Positions 19,410 to 28,617 of a DNA stretch of 64,000 nucleotides are shown in pieces. The stretch comes from an uncultured delta proteobacterium. GTDB lineage: Bacteria; Myxococcota_A; Polyangia; Polyangiales; Houyiibacteriaceae. The stretch's first letter is position 1, and every line of letters begins with the position of its first letter. The position numbers and the translations under genes were made by a program. Under the pieces are notes generated by a model. The model saw only the letters and a list, made by a program, of their open reading frames with translations. It was not told the DNA's origin and searched no databases. The stretch lies in the NCBI GenBank assembly GCA_963699755.1, contig CAVOVB010000001.1, positions 992,001 through 1,056,000 on the forward strand. Direction: 5' to 3'.

Positions 19410-19807
19410 TACGGTCCGTCCTCAGCGACGCTGAGAACGTAGGCGATGAGGTCCCACTTCTGTCCATCGCTCAGCGTCGGCCAGGCCGGCATCGAAGTAC
19501 CGCGCTCACCTTCGCTCAAGACCTCAAAGACCGCGATCGCAGTCGTGTTCGATCGCCATTCGCTGCTGCCAAAGTTCACCGGCTTCCCGGACAGCGCGTT
19601 ACTCCGCACGCCGTTTCCGTCCGCCCGATCGCCATGGCAGAGCGCACACTTCTCTCTGAAAAGCGCCTTTCCGCGCGCGCGCGCTTCGTCCGACGAAAGT
19701 TGGGCTACGGGGACCTCGACCTTGTCGTAGTCGACGGCGGACGATCCGGCTTTGCCGCTACACCCCAAGAGTGCGAGCGACATGAGCAGTGCTCCCATGG
19801 CCTTCAT
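19409..19807 (-). CDS. Monoheme c-type cytochrome lipoprotein
   Basis: Lipobox LLGC, CALCH, distal Met in GTSMPAW; start overlaps 3' end of protease gene. Confidence 0.88.
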   Translation of the reverse strand: MKAMGALLMSLALLGCSGKAGSSAVDYDKVEVPVAQLSSDEARARGKALFREKCALCHGDRADGNGVRSNALSGKPVNFGSSEWRSNTTAIAVFEVLSEGERGTSMPAWPTLSDGQKWDLIAYVLSVAEDGP

Positions 19808-20306
19808 CGCGACTCTCCGTAGATCGGACCGGTGGATACCCGAGTGACCTGAGCTCTTCGACCACGCGCTCGACGAGCTCGGGAATGCTTGCCTGGACAG
19901 CGGGCGTTCGTTCGAGCCCGAGCTCGATCGAGTCCGGCACCACGCCCAGAATCAGCACCCTGTCCGGATACCGATCGAGCAGGCTCGCCCCTGCGAGGAG
20001 GTCCGCGACCCCAATTTGATGCGGCGAAAGGCGCTCGTAGACCGCCGGAGCCACCTCTTCGCCTTCGATCCGAACCTGCGTTCCGGGCGGCCCGTCGGCC
20101 GCGATCGCATCGACCAGGATCACCTGATCGGCGCTATCGACCAGCGGCAAGAGCGAGAGACCGAGCGTGCCGCCGTCCACGACCATGACGCCCTCGGGAA
20201 ACTCATACTCGCGAATGAGCTTGTGGATCGCGGCAATCCCCGCTCCGTCGTCTGTGCAGACGACATTGCCGAGCCCCAGGATGAGGACCGGCGTGCGGTT
20301 AGTCAT
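19758..20306 (-). CDS. hyaD: Hydrogenase maturation endopeptidase (HyaD/HybD family)
   Basis: LGLGNVVCTDDGAG, DGGT, VDA, SPHQIG. Confidence 0.92.
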   Translation of the reverse strand: MTNRTPVLILGLGNVVCTDDGAGIAAIHKLIREYEFPEGVMVVDGGTLGLSLLPLVDSADQVILVDAIAADGPPGTQVRIEGEEVAPAVYERLSPHQIGVADLLAGASLLDRYPDRVLILGVVPDSIELGLERTPAVQASIPELVERVVEELRSLGYPPVRSTESRDEGHGSTAHVARTLGV

Positions 20307-21039
20307 CCCGGTTGCGCCAGCTCTTGGGGAGGAACTTGTAGCCGCTGAACAAAGAGTCGATGAGGCCCATCCCTTCGACGCGAGATACGAGCATCGCACT
20401 CCAGATATGGTGCGCCACGAAGCCGAGGAGGAACCACATCGCGATGTGGTGAATCCAACGTGCGGTCTGCGCGCCGCCCAAGATCGGAAGCAGGAACCCC
20501 CAGAACTCCATGTAACCGGTCGCGCTCACCGAATAAAGAGCGAGCCCCGTGAGGATCAGCGTGATGTAGATCGCGAACACGAGCAGGTACGTCATGCCCG
20601 CCAATGGGTTGTGACCGACGTTGAGCGGTGGCTCTTTGCTGACGAAGGAGTAGAACTTCAGCATCCTGAAGACATCCCCACGGCGCCGCTTGCCCACGGG
20701 CACGAATTGATGCCAGCGCGCGTAGTACGAACCCACGAACATCCAGGCGATGCGCGACGCGACCGCAAGCGCAAAGACGATGGCCGTGTAGAAGTGGACG
20801 ACCTTCACCGTTGCCATCACGAAGTGTTCGCTTCCTGGTTGCGCTGGGATCAGATACGGATTGCCGATGTAGATCCCGGTGATCGCCAGGATGAACACAG
20901 AGACCATGATGAGCCAGTGGGTCGTTCGGACCAAAAGGTCCCAGACGTAGACTCGCTCGATGCCGTGTACGTCGTGCCGACGGGGGCTCACCTGGGGACG
21001 AGCCCCTCCCTTTACCGCGGCCGTCGTCGGGGGAGTCAT
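20299..21039 (-). CDS. hyaC: [NiFe]-hydrogenase b-type cytochrome subunit
   Basis: YVWD..VRTTHW, VHF, GHNPLA, IHH, HIW heme ligands; four TM helices; FSGYK. Confidence 0.93.
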   Translation of the reverse strand: MTPPTTAAVKGGARPQVSPRRHDVHGIERVYVWDLLVRTTHWLIMVSVFILAITGIYIGNPYLIPAQPGSEHFVMATVKVVHFYTAIVFALAVASRIAWMFVGSYYARWHQFVPVGKRRRGDVFRMLKFYSFVSKEPPLNVGHNPLAGMTYLLVFAIYITLILTGLALYSVSATGYMEFWGFLLPILGGAQTARWIHHIAMWFLLGFVAHHIWSAMLVSRVEGMGLIDSLFSGYKFLPKSWRNRDD

Positions 21040-22742
21040 CGCACCTTCACGCGAGTGATCTCGCGCCCTCCAGGTTCGACGACGTGCACACCGCAGGCCA
21101 TGCACGGGTCGAAGGAATGGACCGTCCTCAGGATTTCAATTGGCTGCTCCGGATCGGCGACCGGGGTCCCGACCAAGGCTGCCTCGTAGGGCCCCGGCGC
21201 ATCGCCGGAATCCCGTGGGCCGGCGTTCCAGGTGCTCGGAACCACGCATTGATACCGCTCGATCTTCCCATCTTTTACGTGGACCCAGTGCCCAAGCGAG
21301 CCGCGGGGGGCTTCGTGGAAGCCGGCTCCCATCGAATCGGCGGGCCAGGTCTCCGGCTCCCACTTGCTGTTGTCGTGGATGCGAAGCTCGCCGTTTCCCA
21401 TGTTGGTGGCAAGCTCGTCGACCCAGTCGCCGATCTTGTCGACCAGGATCTGCGTCTCGATGCCACGTGCCGCGACCCGGCCGAGCGTCGAGAACAAGGC
21501 CGCGGGTCCGACATCGAGCGTCTTTAGGACGTGGTTGACTAGGCCTTGGACCTGCTCGTGACCCTGAACGTAGTTGACCAGCATGCGCGACAAGGGACCG
21601 ACTTCCATCGGCACTCCGTCGTAGCGGGGCGACTTGAGCCAGGAGTACTTCTTCGACGTGTCGAGGCGTTCGAAGGGCGGCTTCGGGCCCGTGTAGTTCG
21701 GCTTGGTTTCGCCCGCCGACGGGTGCAGCGCTTGGTCCTCGCCGCCCGCGTAGTCGTACCAGGAGTGCGTGATCTGCTCGGTGATCTTCGAAGGGTCGAA
21801 CTCTTCGACCTTCGAGAGGTCGCGACCCCTGATGATGCCAGACTTGATGAAGTGTTCCGGTTTCGCTTCGTCGTCGAGCGGGTACTCGCCGTACACCATG
21901 TAGTTGCCGACGCCCGCGCCGTAGCCGGCCCAGTCTTTGTAGAACGAGGCGACCGCGAGAAGGTCCGGGATGTAGACCTTGCTCACGAACTCCTGCGCGC
22001 CGGCGATCAGCTTCTTGAACTCCGCGATGGTGTGGATGTTGAGCGAAGCCTGCTTGTCCGGGTCGACCGGAGTGGCCATCCCGCCGACGAGGAAGCTCTG
22101 CAGATGGGGGTTCTTGCCGCCCAAGATGGCGTGCATCTTGATGAACTCACGCTGCCAATCGAGCGCTTCGAGATAGTGGGCGACCGCCATCAGGTTCGCG
22201 GCTGGTGGTAGCTTGTAGGCCGGGTGGCCCCAGTACGCGTTGGCAAACGGCCCGAGCTGGCCTCGCTCGACCAGCCCTTTGACACGGTCTTGAATGACCT
22301 TGAAGTACGTGGCGCTCGACTTCCCCCAGTCCGAGATCGACTGGGCAAGCGCCGCGGTTTCCTTCGGGTCGGCCTCGAGCGCCGACACGATGTCGACCCA
22401 GTCGAGCGCGTGCAGGTGATAGAAGTGGATCACGTGGTCTTGGATGCACTGGGACGCGATGATCAGGTTTCGGAGGATCCGTGCATTGGGTGGCGGCTTC
22501 GCGCCGATCGCGTCCTCGACGGCGCGAATCGAAGCGATGGCGTGCACCGTCGTGCAGACGCCGCAGATGCGCTGGGTAAAGGCCCACGCATCACGCGGAT
22601 CGCGGCCTTGCAAAATGATCTCGATACCTCGGAACATGGTCGAAGAAGACCATGCATCGGAGACCTGACCTCCCTCGATTTCCGCCTCGATGCGCAAGTG
22701 GCCTTCGATGCGGGTGACCGGGTCGACAACGATATGAGTCAT
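21036..22742 (-). CDS. hyaB: Group 1 [NiFe]-hydrogenase large subunit
   Basis: DPVTRIEGH, L1 QRICGVC, APRG, L2 FDPCMACGVH plus 15-aa cleavable C-terminal extension. Confidence 0.97.
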   Translation of the reverse strand: MTHIVVDPVTRIEGHLRIEAEIEGGQVSDAWSSSTMFRGIEIILQGRDPRDAWAFTQRICGVCTTVHAIASIRAVEDAIGAKPPPNARILRNLIIASQCIQDHVIHFYHLHALDWVDIVSALEADPKETAALAQSISDWGKSSATYFKVIQDRVKGLVERGQLGPFANAYWGHPAYKLPPAANLMAVAHYLEALDWQREFIKMHAILGGKNPHLQSFLVGGMATPVDPDKQASLNIHTIAEFKKLIAGAQEFVSKVYIPDLLAVASFYKDWAGYGAGVGNYMVYGEYPLDDEAKPEHFIKSGIIRGRDLSKVEEFDPSKITEQITHSWYDYAGGEDQALHPSAGETKPNYTGPKPPFERLDTSKKYSWLKSPRYDGVPMEVGPLSRMLVNYVQGHEQVQGLVNHVLKTLDVGPAALFSTLGRVAARGIETQILVDKIGDWVDELATNMGNGELRIHDNSKWEPETWPADSMGAGFHEAPRGSLGHWVHVKDGKIERYQCVVPSTWNAGPRDSGDAPGPYEAALVGTPVADPEQPIEILRTVHSFDPCMACGVHVVEPGGREITRVKVR

Positions 22743-23869
22743 TCTGCGCCTCCTTCATCGGTCCGCGCGGGCGGGCCTTCGGGTGGGTGATCCGCGCCCG
22801 TTCCAACGAGCTTCTTTCCGAGGTGGACCAAGGTGTGCCCCGCAAACGCGGTGGTGACACCAATGGTCGCCCAGAAGCCGATCTTGTCGATGTTCGAGCC
22901 TTTGCCGAAGCCGGGGAAGCCTGGCAGGTGCGCGTAGAACGGCGTCATCTTGTCCCAGAAGTCCGGTTCGGCGCAGCCGATGCAGCCGTGGCCGCATGCG
23001 ATCGGCCAGCTCGTGTTGTCGTTCCAACCGACGTTCGGACAGTTCTGGAACGAAACAGGGCCCTTGCAGCCCATCTTGTAGAGGCAGTGGCCGTCGCGGT
23101 GGGCCTCGTCGCCCCATTGCTCGACGTACTGCCCGGTGTCGTAATGCGCGCGCCGCTCGCAGTTGTCGTGAATCGACTTACCGTAGGCAAAAAGCGGGCG
23201 ATTCAGCTTGTCGAGGGCTGGGAACCGACCGTAGGTCAGGAAGTAGACCAGCGTCGCGGTGAGATTCTGGGCGTTCACCGGACAGGCGGACAGATTGATG
23301 AGATTCTTCACGCCGGGCACGGCGTCAGACACACCGAGCGCGCCGGTCGGATTCGGCGACGCAGCGGGAATGCCGCCAAACGATGCGCAGGTTCCGACTG
23401 CAATCGTCGCCAGCGCGCCGCCGCACACCTCCTTGGCAATGTCGATCGCCGCCTTCCCGCCGACGGTGCAATACGCGCCGTTCGCGCCGGTTGGGATCGA
23501 GCCCTCGACGACCGCGAGGTATGCGCCCTTCTGATTCGCGACGACGTTGTGAAGGTTCTCCTCGGCCTGGTGACCGGCCGCCGCCATGATCACCTCGTGG
23601 TAATCGATCGAGATCAGATCGAGGATTACCTCGGCAGCGGTCGGCTTGCTCGCGCGGAGAAAGGATTCGGTGTTGCCTGCACAGTCCTGGAAGTTGAGCC
23701 AGACCAGGGTTGGCTTCGGCTTGTTCTCGATCGCGTCGGCGATCATCGCCGTCGCCCCTTTCGGCAAACCAAACATCACCGCCATCGCAGAGCAGAAGCC
23801 CATGAACTCGCGACGTGAAACGCCGCGTGCCTCTAACTCCCGCCGGAAGTCATTTCCCGGTTCATTCAT
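22739..23869 (-). CDS. hyaA: Group 1 [NiFe]-hydrogenase small subunit (Tat substrate, C-terminal membrane anchor)
   Basis: RBS GAGGAGG; SRREFM Tat motif; DCAGN, GTCA, ACP; HDNC..CLYKMGCKGP..NC..GHGCIGC; C-terminal TM. Confidence 0.96.
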   Translation of the reverse strand: MNEPGNDFRRELEARGVSRREFMGFCSAMAVMFGLPKGATAMIADAIENKPKPTLVWLNFQDCAGNTESFLRASKPTAAEVILDLISIDYHEVIMAAAGHQAEENLHNVVANQKGAYLAVVEGSIPTGANGAYCTVGGKAAIDIAKEVCGGALATIAVGTCASFGGIPAASPNPTGALGVSDAVPGVKNLINLSACPVNAQNLTATLVYFLTYGRFPALDKLNRPLFAYGKSIHDNCERRAHYDTGQYVEQWGDEAHRDGHCLYKMGCKGPVSFQNCPNVGWNDNTSWPIACGHGCIGCAEPDFWDKMTPFYAHLPGFPGFGKGSNIDKIGFWATIGVTTAFAGHTLVHLGKKLVGTGADHPPEGPPARTDEGGAE

Positions 23870-24088
23870 CGGATCCTCCTCGCAGTTGCAGAGCAAAGGA
23901 CGCGGCACTAGTGCTATCGGCCGCCTGTGAGAGGACTCTACCTCCGCAAAGACGCGAAAAACAAGGTTCTCGTTGCAGTTGAGAGACGTTTTCGACGCGT
24001 CGCGCGCATCTTTCGTTTCGAGCCGATCAGGCGCAATATTTGCACCGATATTTTCCGGGCGAGTCGCGCACGCGGTAGCATGCCTCCA

Positions 24089-25360
24089 ATGACTGCCGAG
24101 TCAGAAGAGTATAGGTTCTTCGAAGTCGTCCAGGGCTACATCGAGCAGGCGGCAGCGCTGACCGGCCTTCCGTCTCATGTCAAGGGCATCCTCGAAGAAC
24201 CGAAAAACGAGCTCATCGTACACTTCCCAGTGCGCATGGACGGCGGCGAAACCCGCGTGTTCAAGGGCTATCGGGTTCAGCACAACAACGTGTTGGGCCC
24301 TTACAAGGGTGGAATGAGGTATCACGAACAGGTCACGCTCAACGAGCTGAAGGCGCTGGCGACGCAGATGACTTGGAAGTGTGCCCTGCTTGGCATTCCC
24401 TTTGGTGGCGGAAAAGGCGGGATCAAGTTCAACCCTCGCGAGCACTCGCTCGATGAGCTTCGACGCATCACCCGCCGATTCACCCACGCCTTGGGTAGCA
24501 ATATCGGACCGGCACACGACATTCCTGCGCCGGACATGGGGACGAACTCGCAAACGATGGTCTGGATGATGGACACGTACATGAACACCGGGCCGTCCTA
24601 TGGGAAAAGCGACCAGCGCGCTGTAGTGACCGGTAAGACCATCAATTCGGGAGGCTCTGAGGGCCGCGAAGCGGCGACCGGCCAGGGGGTGGTGCATTGC
24701 ATCAAGGAATGGGCGCGCGAGCACCACTTCGATCTCGAAGGTGCCACGGCAATCGTACAGGGCTTCGGCAACGTGGGTTCGCATGCATCGGTGCTGCTCT
24801 CGAAGCTCGGCGTCTCGACGATCGCGACCGGAGATCACTCCGGCTATCTCCGCAACGAAGAAGGCTTCAATTCGCATAAGCTGCAGGACTACGTCCAGGC
24901 CAAGGGTTCGATCGAAGGCTACCCCCGCGGCGAGAAGATCACGCGCGACGAGTTCTTCGAAACGAAAGCGGATCTCTTCATCCCTGCTGCGCTCGAGAAC
25001 CAAGTCGGCGCCGAGGAAGGCCGCAAGCTCAATGTGAGATTGATCGCCGAAGGAGCAAACGGCCCGATCAACCCGGACGGTGCTGCTGTGCTGGCCGATC
25101 GCGGGATCCCTGTCATCCCCGATATCCTCGCGAACTCGGGCGGCGTGACCGTCAGCTACTACGAGTGGGTACAGAACCGAAACAGTGAGCACTGGGACGC
25201 TGAAGAAGTGCAGCGACGCTTGCTCCACATGATGCGCCGAGCCTATCAGCGAACGATGTTCTACGCGGCTGAAAAGAAGGTCGATCCCCGCGTTGCCGCA
25301 TACGCTCTGGCGCTCGAGAGCCTTGCTACCTCTTACGACGAGCGCGGGATTTTCCCCTGA
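24089..25360 (+). CDS. gdhA: Glu/Leu/Phe/Val dehydrogenase (glutamate dehydrogenase)
   Basis: GPYKGG, GGGKGG, DIPAPD, VTGK, QGFGNVG, EGANGP, SYYEWVQN; start may be 24080. Confidence 0.93.
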   Translation: MTAESEEYRFFEVVQGYIEQAAALTGLPSHVKGILEEPKNELIVHFPVRMDGGETRVFKGYRVQHNNVLGPYKGGMRYHEQVTLNELKALATQMTWKCALLGIPFGGGKGGIKFNPREHSLDELRRITRRFTHALGSNIGPAHDIPAPDMGTNSQTMVWMMDTYMNTGPSYGKSDQRAVVTGKTINSGGSEGREAATGQGVVHCIKEWAREHHFDLEGATAIVQGFGNVGSHASVLLSKLGVSTIATGDHSGYLRNEEGFNSHKLQDYVQAKGSIEGYPRGEKITRDEFFETKADLFIPAALENQVGAEEGRKLNVRLIAEGANGPINPDGAAVLADRGIPVIPDILANSGGVTVSYYEWVQNRNSEHWDAEEVQRRLLHMMRRAYQRTMFYAAEKKVDPRVAAYALALESLATSYDERGIFP

Positions 25361-25449
25361 GCTATCTGGAAATTCTGGACCTTCGTACCCAGACGGCGCA
25401 GTAGCAAACAGCTTGACAATTGGGGTCTCGGGAAGCACTTCAATCAGCC

Positions 25450-26364
25450 ATGGTTAGCCAGGCGGTATTTGAGGGAACGATCCCGGAGGGAGGCGTCGGA
25501 GACCTTCTTGGCGGCCTCGAAAAGGTCGGCACGACCGGCGTCCTGACCTTCGAAAGTGAGCACGGCTCCGGCGCCGTTAACCTCGTCCACGGGCAGCTTG
25601 CCGGCGCCGAAACCTCCGCCGAGGAAGAGCGCGCGCTCCAGGTCCTGCTCTCGCTCCGTGAAGGCGAGTTCGCCGTGTACCCGAAGCTTCCGCACCTCCC
25701 GGTTTCGCGCGGGACCGACACCACGCGTCGCGGCTCGCTGGCGGTACACCCGCCTGCCGACTTGATGCGCTATTGCGAGAGCGCGGGACTCACCGGAAGG
25801 CTCTTGCTCGAGCACCGCGGGCGACTCGCGATCGGTTACTACGAGAAGGGCGAGCTCAACGATGTCAGCATCGACGGTGGAACCGCCGCGGACTTCGTGC
25901 TTGCGCTCGAATGGACCGAGGGCACCTTCCGCGTCGATGCGGTGCCGCCTCCCCGAGAGACTTTGCCCGACGCGCTTCGCGACAAGGCATCCGACGCGCC
26001 TCCGAAAAACCCAACCGCGCTTCCCTTGCTCGAGTCCTTTGAACAGGGTCTCGCAGACCTAGGTCGTCCCGACGCGACGCCGGTTTCCGGGCTTGGCCCG
26101 CGCATGGAGGAGCTCGATGAAGATGCGACGATTCGCATCATTCGGCGGCCCGGAGAGGAGGATCTGCCTGAGCCGCGCGCGCGCTGGCGCGCACTGGACT
26201 ATTCTCCCTCCTTCCCGACGGAATCTGCTACAACTGCTCCTGTGAAGTCGAAGGACGACGGTAGGCCGATTGGCACGTTGCGCACGCTCGGATGGGTGGG
26301 CGCGGTTTTTCTCGTGGTGGCCGCGTGCCTCTGGCTTCTCGCGTCGCTCCCGCCTCTGGAGTAA
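25450..26364 (+). CDS. DUF4388-like tandem-domain protein with C-terminal TM helix
   Basis: Two units with TG(V/R)L..E..G..GQL/GEL and EGEF/WTEGTF; Pro/acidic linker; C-terminal hydrophobic helix. Confidence 0.65.
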   Translation: MVSQAVFEGTIPEGGVGDLLGGLEKVGTTGVLTFESEHGSGAVNLVHGQLAGAETSAEEERALQVLLSLREGEFAVYPKLPHLPVSRGTDTTRRGSLAVHPPADLMRYCESAGLTGRLLLEHRGRLAIGYYEKGELNDVSIDGGTAADFVLALEWTEGTFRVDAVPPPRETLPDALRDKASDAPPKNPTALPLLESFEQGLADLGRPDATPVSGLGPRMEELDEDATIRIIRRPGEEDLPEPRARWRALDYSPSFPTESATTAPVKSKDDGRPIGTLRTLGWVGAVFLVVAACLWLLASLPPLE

Positions 26365-26374
26365 CCTGCCCGTC

Positions 26375-28027
26375 GTGAGCCCGCGCTTGCGACCGGGACG
26401 CTGGCTGCTCAGCCTGATCGCCTTTCTTCCTCTGGTCCCGCTGCTGGCCATGGATCTTTTCGTGCTGCCTTTCGCGTCCCCCGCGATCGCGATTGCGCAG
26501 GAGGCCGACACCAGGGGCGTGCCCTATCGTCCGGGCGACGTCGTTCCCATCCCGCCACCGGAGCAAGGGTCCGCGGACGACGAGCTTCGCGACCCGTACG
26601 GTGTCGCAGGCGAGGGGCGCCATGCGGATCAGGTCTCGTCGCAGGTCCGCTACGTCCTCGAGGGCATCGTCGTCGTTGGCAACAAGCGAACCAAGGCGAA
26701 GCTGATTCGAAAGTTCGTTCCACTAAAGCAAGGCGACTTCCTCGATCCCGAATCGACCGAGCTCTTGGCGACTGAATGGCGGCTGATGGGCACCGGTTGG
26801 TTCGACAGCGTCCGCATTAGCCTCGAGCGCGGCGCTGAGCACGGCTACGTCGTGCTGGTCGTCGAAGTGCGCGAGCGCAACACGATCGTGATCGAACAAC
26901 TGGTCGCTGGCCTGTCCGAAGGGGTGCGAAAGACCACCGACCGAGGCCGCACGCTGTTTCCCTGGCTGGGGTTCAAAATCACTGAAACCAACCTCGCGGG
27001 CCTCGGGATTGGCTTGTCCGGTACCGCATTGGTGAGCGAATTTCAGCAAGGGGGACGGCTGGACCTTCGGTACCCCAAGCTGATCAAGGGTGAGTACGAC
27101 GTCCGATTCGGGACGTATTTTCTCAACGGACGAGAGTTCTACGGGAACGGTCCCCTGGTCAGCGTCCCCTGCGGCCAGCCGACCTGCCCCGGCACTTCGG
27201 AAGTCACCGCTGCGGTGGTTCGCTATCGTCGGGGCGGCTTCATGGTCGGTACGGGCAAGGACTTCACGTCCAAGCTCCGCTACAGCCTCGACTGGATCGG
27301 CGAGATCGTCAGCGTCCTCAGTCGTCCCGAGGCGGCGAGTGAAACGGTTGGGAATGAGATCAAGCCGATCGAATTCGCGATAGAAGATGGCAGGAGCTTC
27401 GTCTCTTCGTTGCGCTTTGCACTGACCTTCGACAAGCGCGATGACCCTGGGATCACGAAGGAAGGCGTCTTGTTCGTTGGCGGTGTCATGCTCGGCACGC
27501 GGGCGCTTGGCAGCGACTACGACTTCATCAAGCTCGACGTTTGGGTGAGGCGCTGGTGGCGGCTTCCCTGGCTCCACACCATAAGGCTTGGCTTTTTTGG
27601 CGGCGCCGCTTTCGGCAACACACCGTTCTTCTATCTCTTTCACATCTCGGACCTCTCCGATCTCATCCCGTCGCGATTCCTCGAGATGCAGCTCGACGGG
27701 CGTCCACCGCCTAATCTTCTCGGCACCTCGATCGAGAACAACTATCTCGGCGAGCTGGCCTGGCGCCTCGACATCGAATACGACGTCCCCGTCTTCGAAC
27801 GACCTCGGGATCGCGGCCTCCGAGAGGTCAACCTCTACTTGCTGGTCGGCTTGATCTCCCTGTCGGACTTGCGAGACCAGCGCACTGGTTTCGGAGTGCT
27901 AAGCGGCTACGAAGGCGCGTCTCGATATCCACTCGACCTGACCTTCGACTTCGGATTCCGATTCGATACAAGCGTCGGTGTTTTCCAAGTCGGTCTCTCG
28001 ACAGTGGTGGGGTTCATCAGACTGTGA
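26375..28027 (+). CDS. Omp85 (BamA/TamA)-family outer-membrane protein with one POTRA domain
   Basis: Signal-like N-terminus; IVVVGNKRTK..GWFDSV..VEVRERNT POTRA; ETNLAGLG; FDKRDD; beta-strand pattern. Confidence 0.8.
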   Translation: MSPRLRPGRWLLSLIAFLPLVPLLAMDLFVLPFASPAIAIAQEADTRGVPYRPGDVVPIPPPEQGSADDELRDPYGVAGEGRHADQVSSQVRYVLEGIVVVGNKRTKAKLIRKFVPLKQGDFLDPESTELLATEWRLMGTGWFDSVRISLERGAEHGYVVLVVEVRERNTIVIEQLVAGLSEGVRKTTDRGRTLFPWLGFKITETNLAGLGIGLSGTALVSEFQQGGRLDLRYPKLIKGEYDVRFGTYFLNGREFYGNGPLVSVPCGQPTCPGTSEVTAAVVRYRRGGFMVGTGKDFTSKLRYSLDWIGEIVSVLSRPEAASETVGNEIKPIEFAIEDGRSFVSSLRFALTFDKRDDPGITKEGVLFVGGVMLGTRALGSDYDFIKLDVWVRRWWRLPWLHTIRLGFFGGAAFGNTPFFYLFHISDLSDLIPSRFLEMQLDGRPPPNLLGTSIENNYLGELAWRLDIEYDVPVFERPRDRGLREVNLYLLVGLISLSDLRDQRTGFGVLSGYEGASRYPLDLTFDFGFRFDTSVGVFQVGLSTVVGFIRL

Positions 28028-28617
28028 GACTTGCTCTTGCAGCCATGGTCCTGTTGATCGCCGCGGTTGCCTATGGGCAATCGCAGTTGCCCCTGCGCGA
28101 CTTCGGCGTCGCCTGGTCGCAAGGCGCAGCGAAGGTGTCGTTCTCCGCGATCGATCTAGCTGACGAGCGAGTACGTCGCGAGCTTTCGAGTGGCCTTCGC
28201 AAGCGCTTGGTAGTGACCGTCGGTGCGCACCTCAATGGATCCAACTGGCGGATGGGCGTGCGGCAGTTCGGCTGCGATGTGACCCGGGACCTCTGGGAGG
28301 ACGGCTATTTGGTTCGCATCGGCGATCGGAGCGAGCGGCTCGACACGCTCGAACAGGTGCTCGACCGTTGCCTGCTCGTGCAAGGCTTGTTCGTCGGCGA
28401 TCCGAAGAGCTACGAGCTGCAGAAGGGCAAGGACATCTACTTCGCCGTGAGGGCGGAGTTCAACCCCATCTCGAAGAAGCAGTGTAGCCAGCTCATTCAG
28501 CCAGCCACTGGTGGCGATCCGGTCGGTCCCATCAGCGTGAACATCGTCCGGCGCCGGATCTGCCGAGCCGAGCGAACCGTCGAGTTCCGAAGCCAGCTCC
28601 TCAGGGTGCCCGAATGA
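28024..28617 (+). CDS. DUF4390-like periplasmic protein
   Basis: Signal peptide; ELSSGL, DLWEDGY, AEFNP; translationally coupled upstream of an NtrY-like kinase. Confidence 0.6.
   Translation: MRLALAAMVLLIAAVAYGQSQLPLRDFGVAWSQGAAKVSFSAIDLADERVRRELSSGLRKRLVVTVGAHLNGSNWRMGVRQFGCDVTRDLWEDGYLVRIGDRSERLDTLEQVLDRCLLVQGLFVGDPKSYELQKGKDIYFAVRAEFNPISKKQCSQLIQPATGGDPVGPISVNIVRRRICRAERTVEFRSQLLRVPE

Noticed and set aside
21036..22742. Possible [NiFeSe] or O2-tolerant group 1d hydrogenase
   Set aside because: L2 motif is DPCMAC with no in-frame TGA; the small subunit lacks the supernumerary cysteines.
23890..23915. Sigma54-like promoter and GCACTAGTGC palindrome upstream of the hydrogenase operon
   Set aside because: The minus strand reads TGCCGCG-N4-TTGCT, lacking the invariant -24 GG; a 10-bp palindrome alone is too weak.
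24101..25438. 445-aa ORF antisense to glutamate dehydrogenase (similar long ORFs at 22787-23818, 35330-36625, 5832-7100)
   Set aside because: No recognisable motifs; long antisense or alternate frames are expected from high-GC codon bias.
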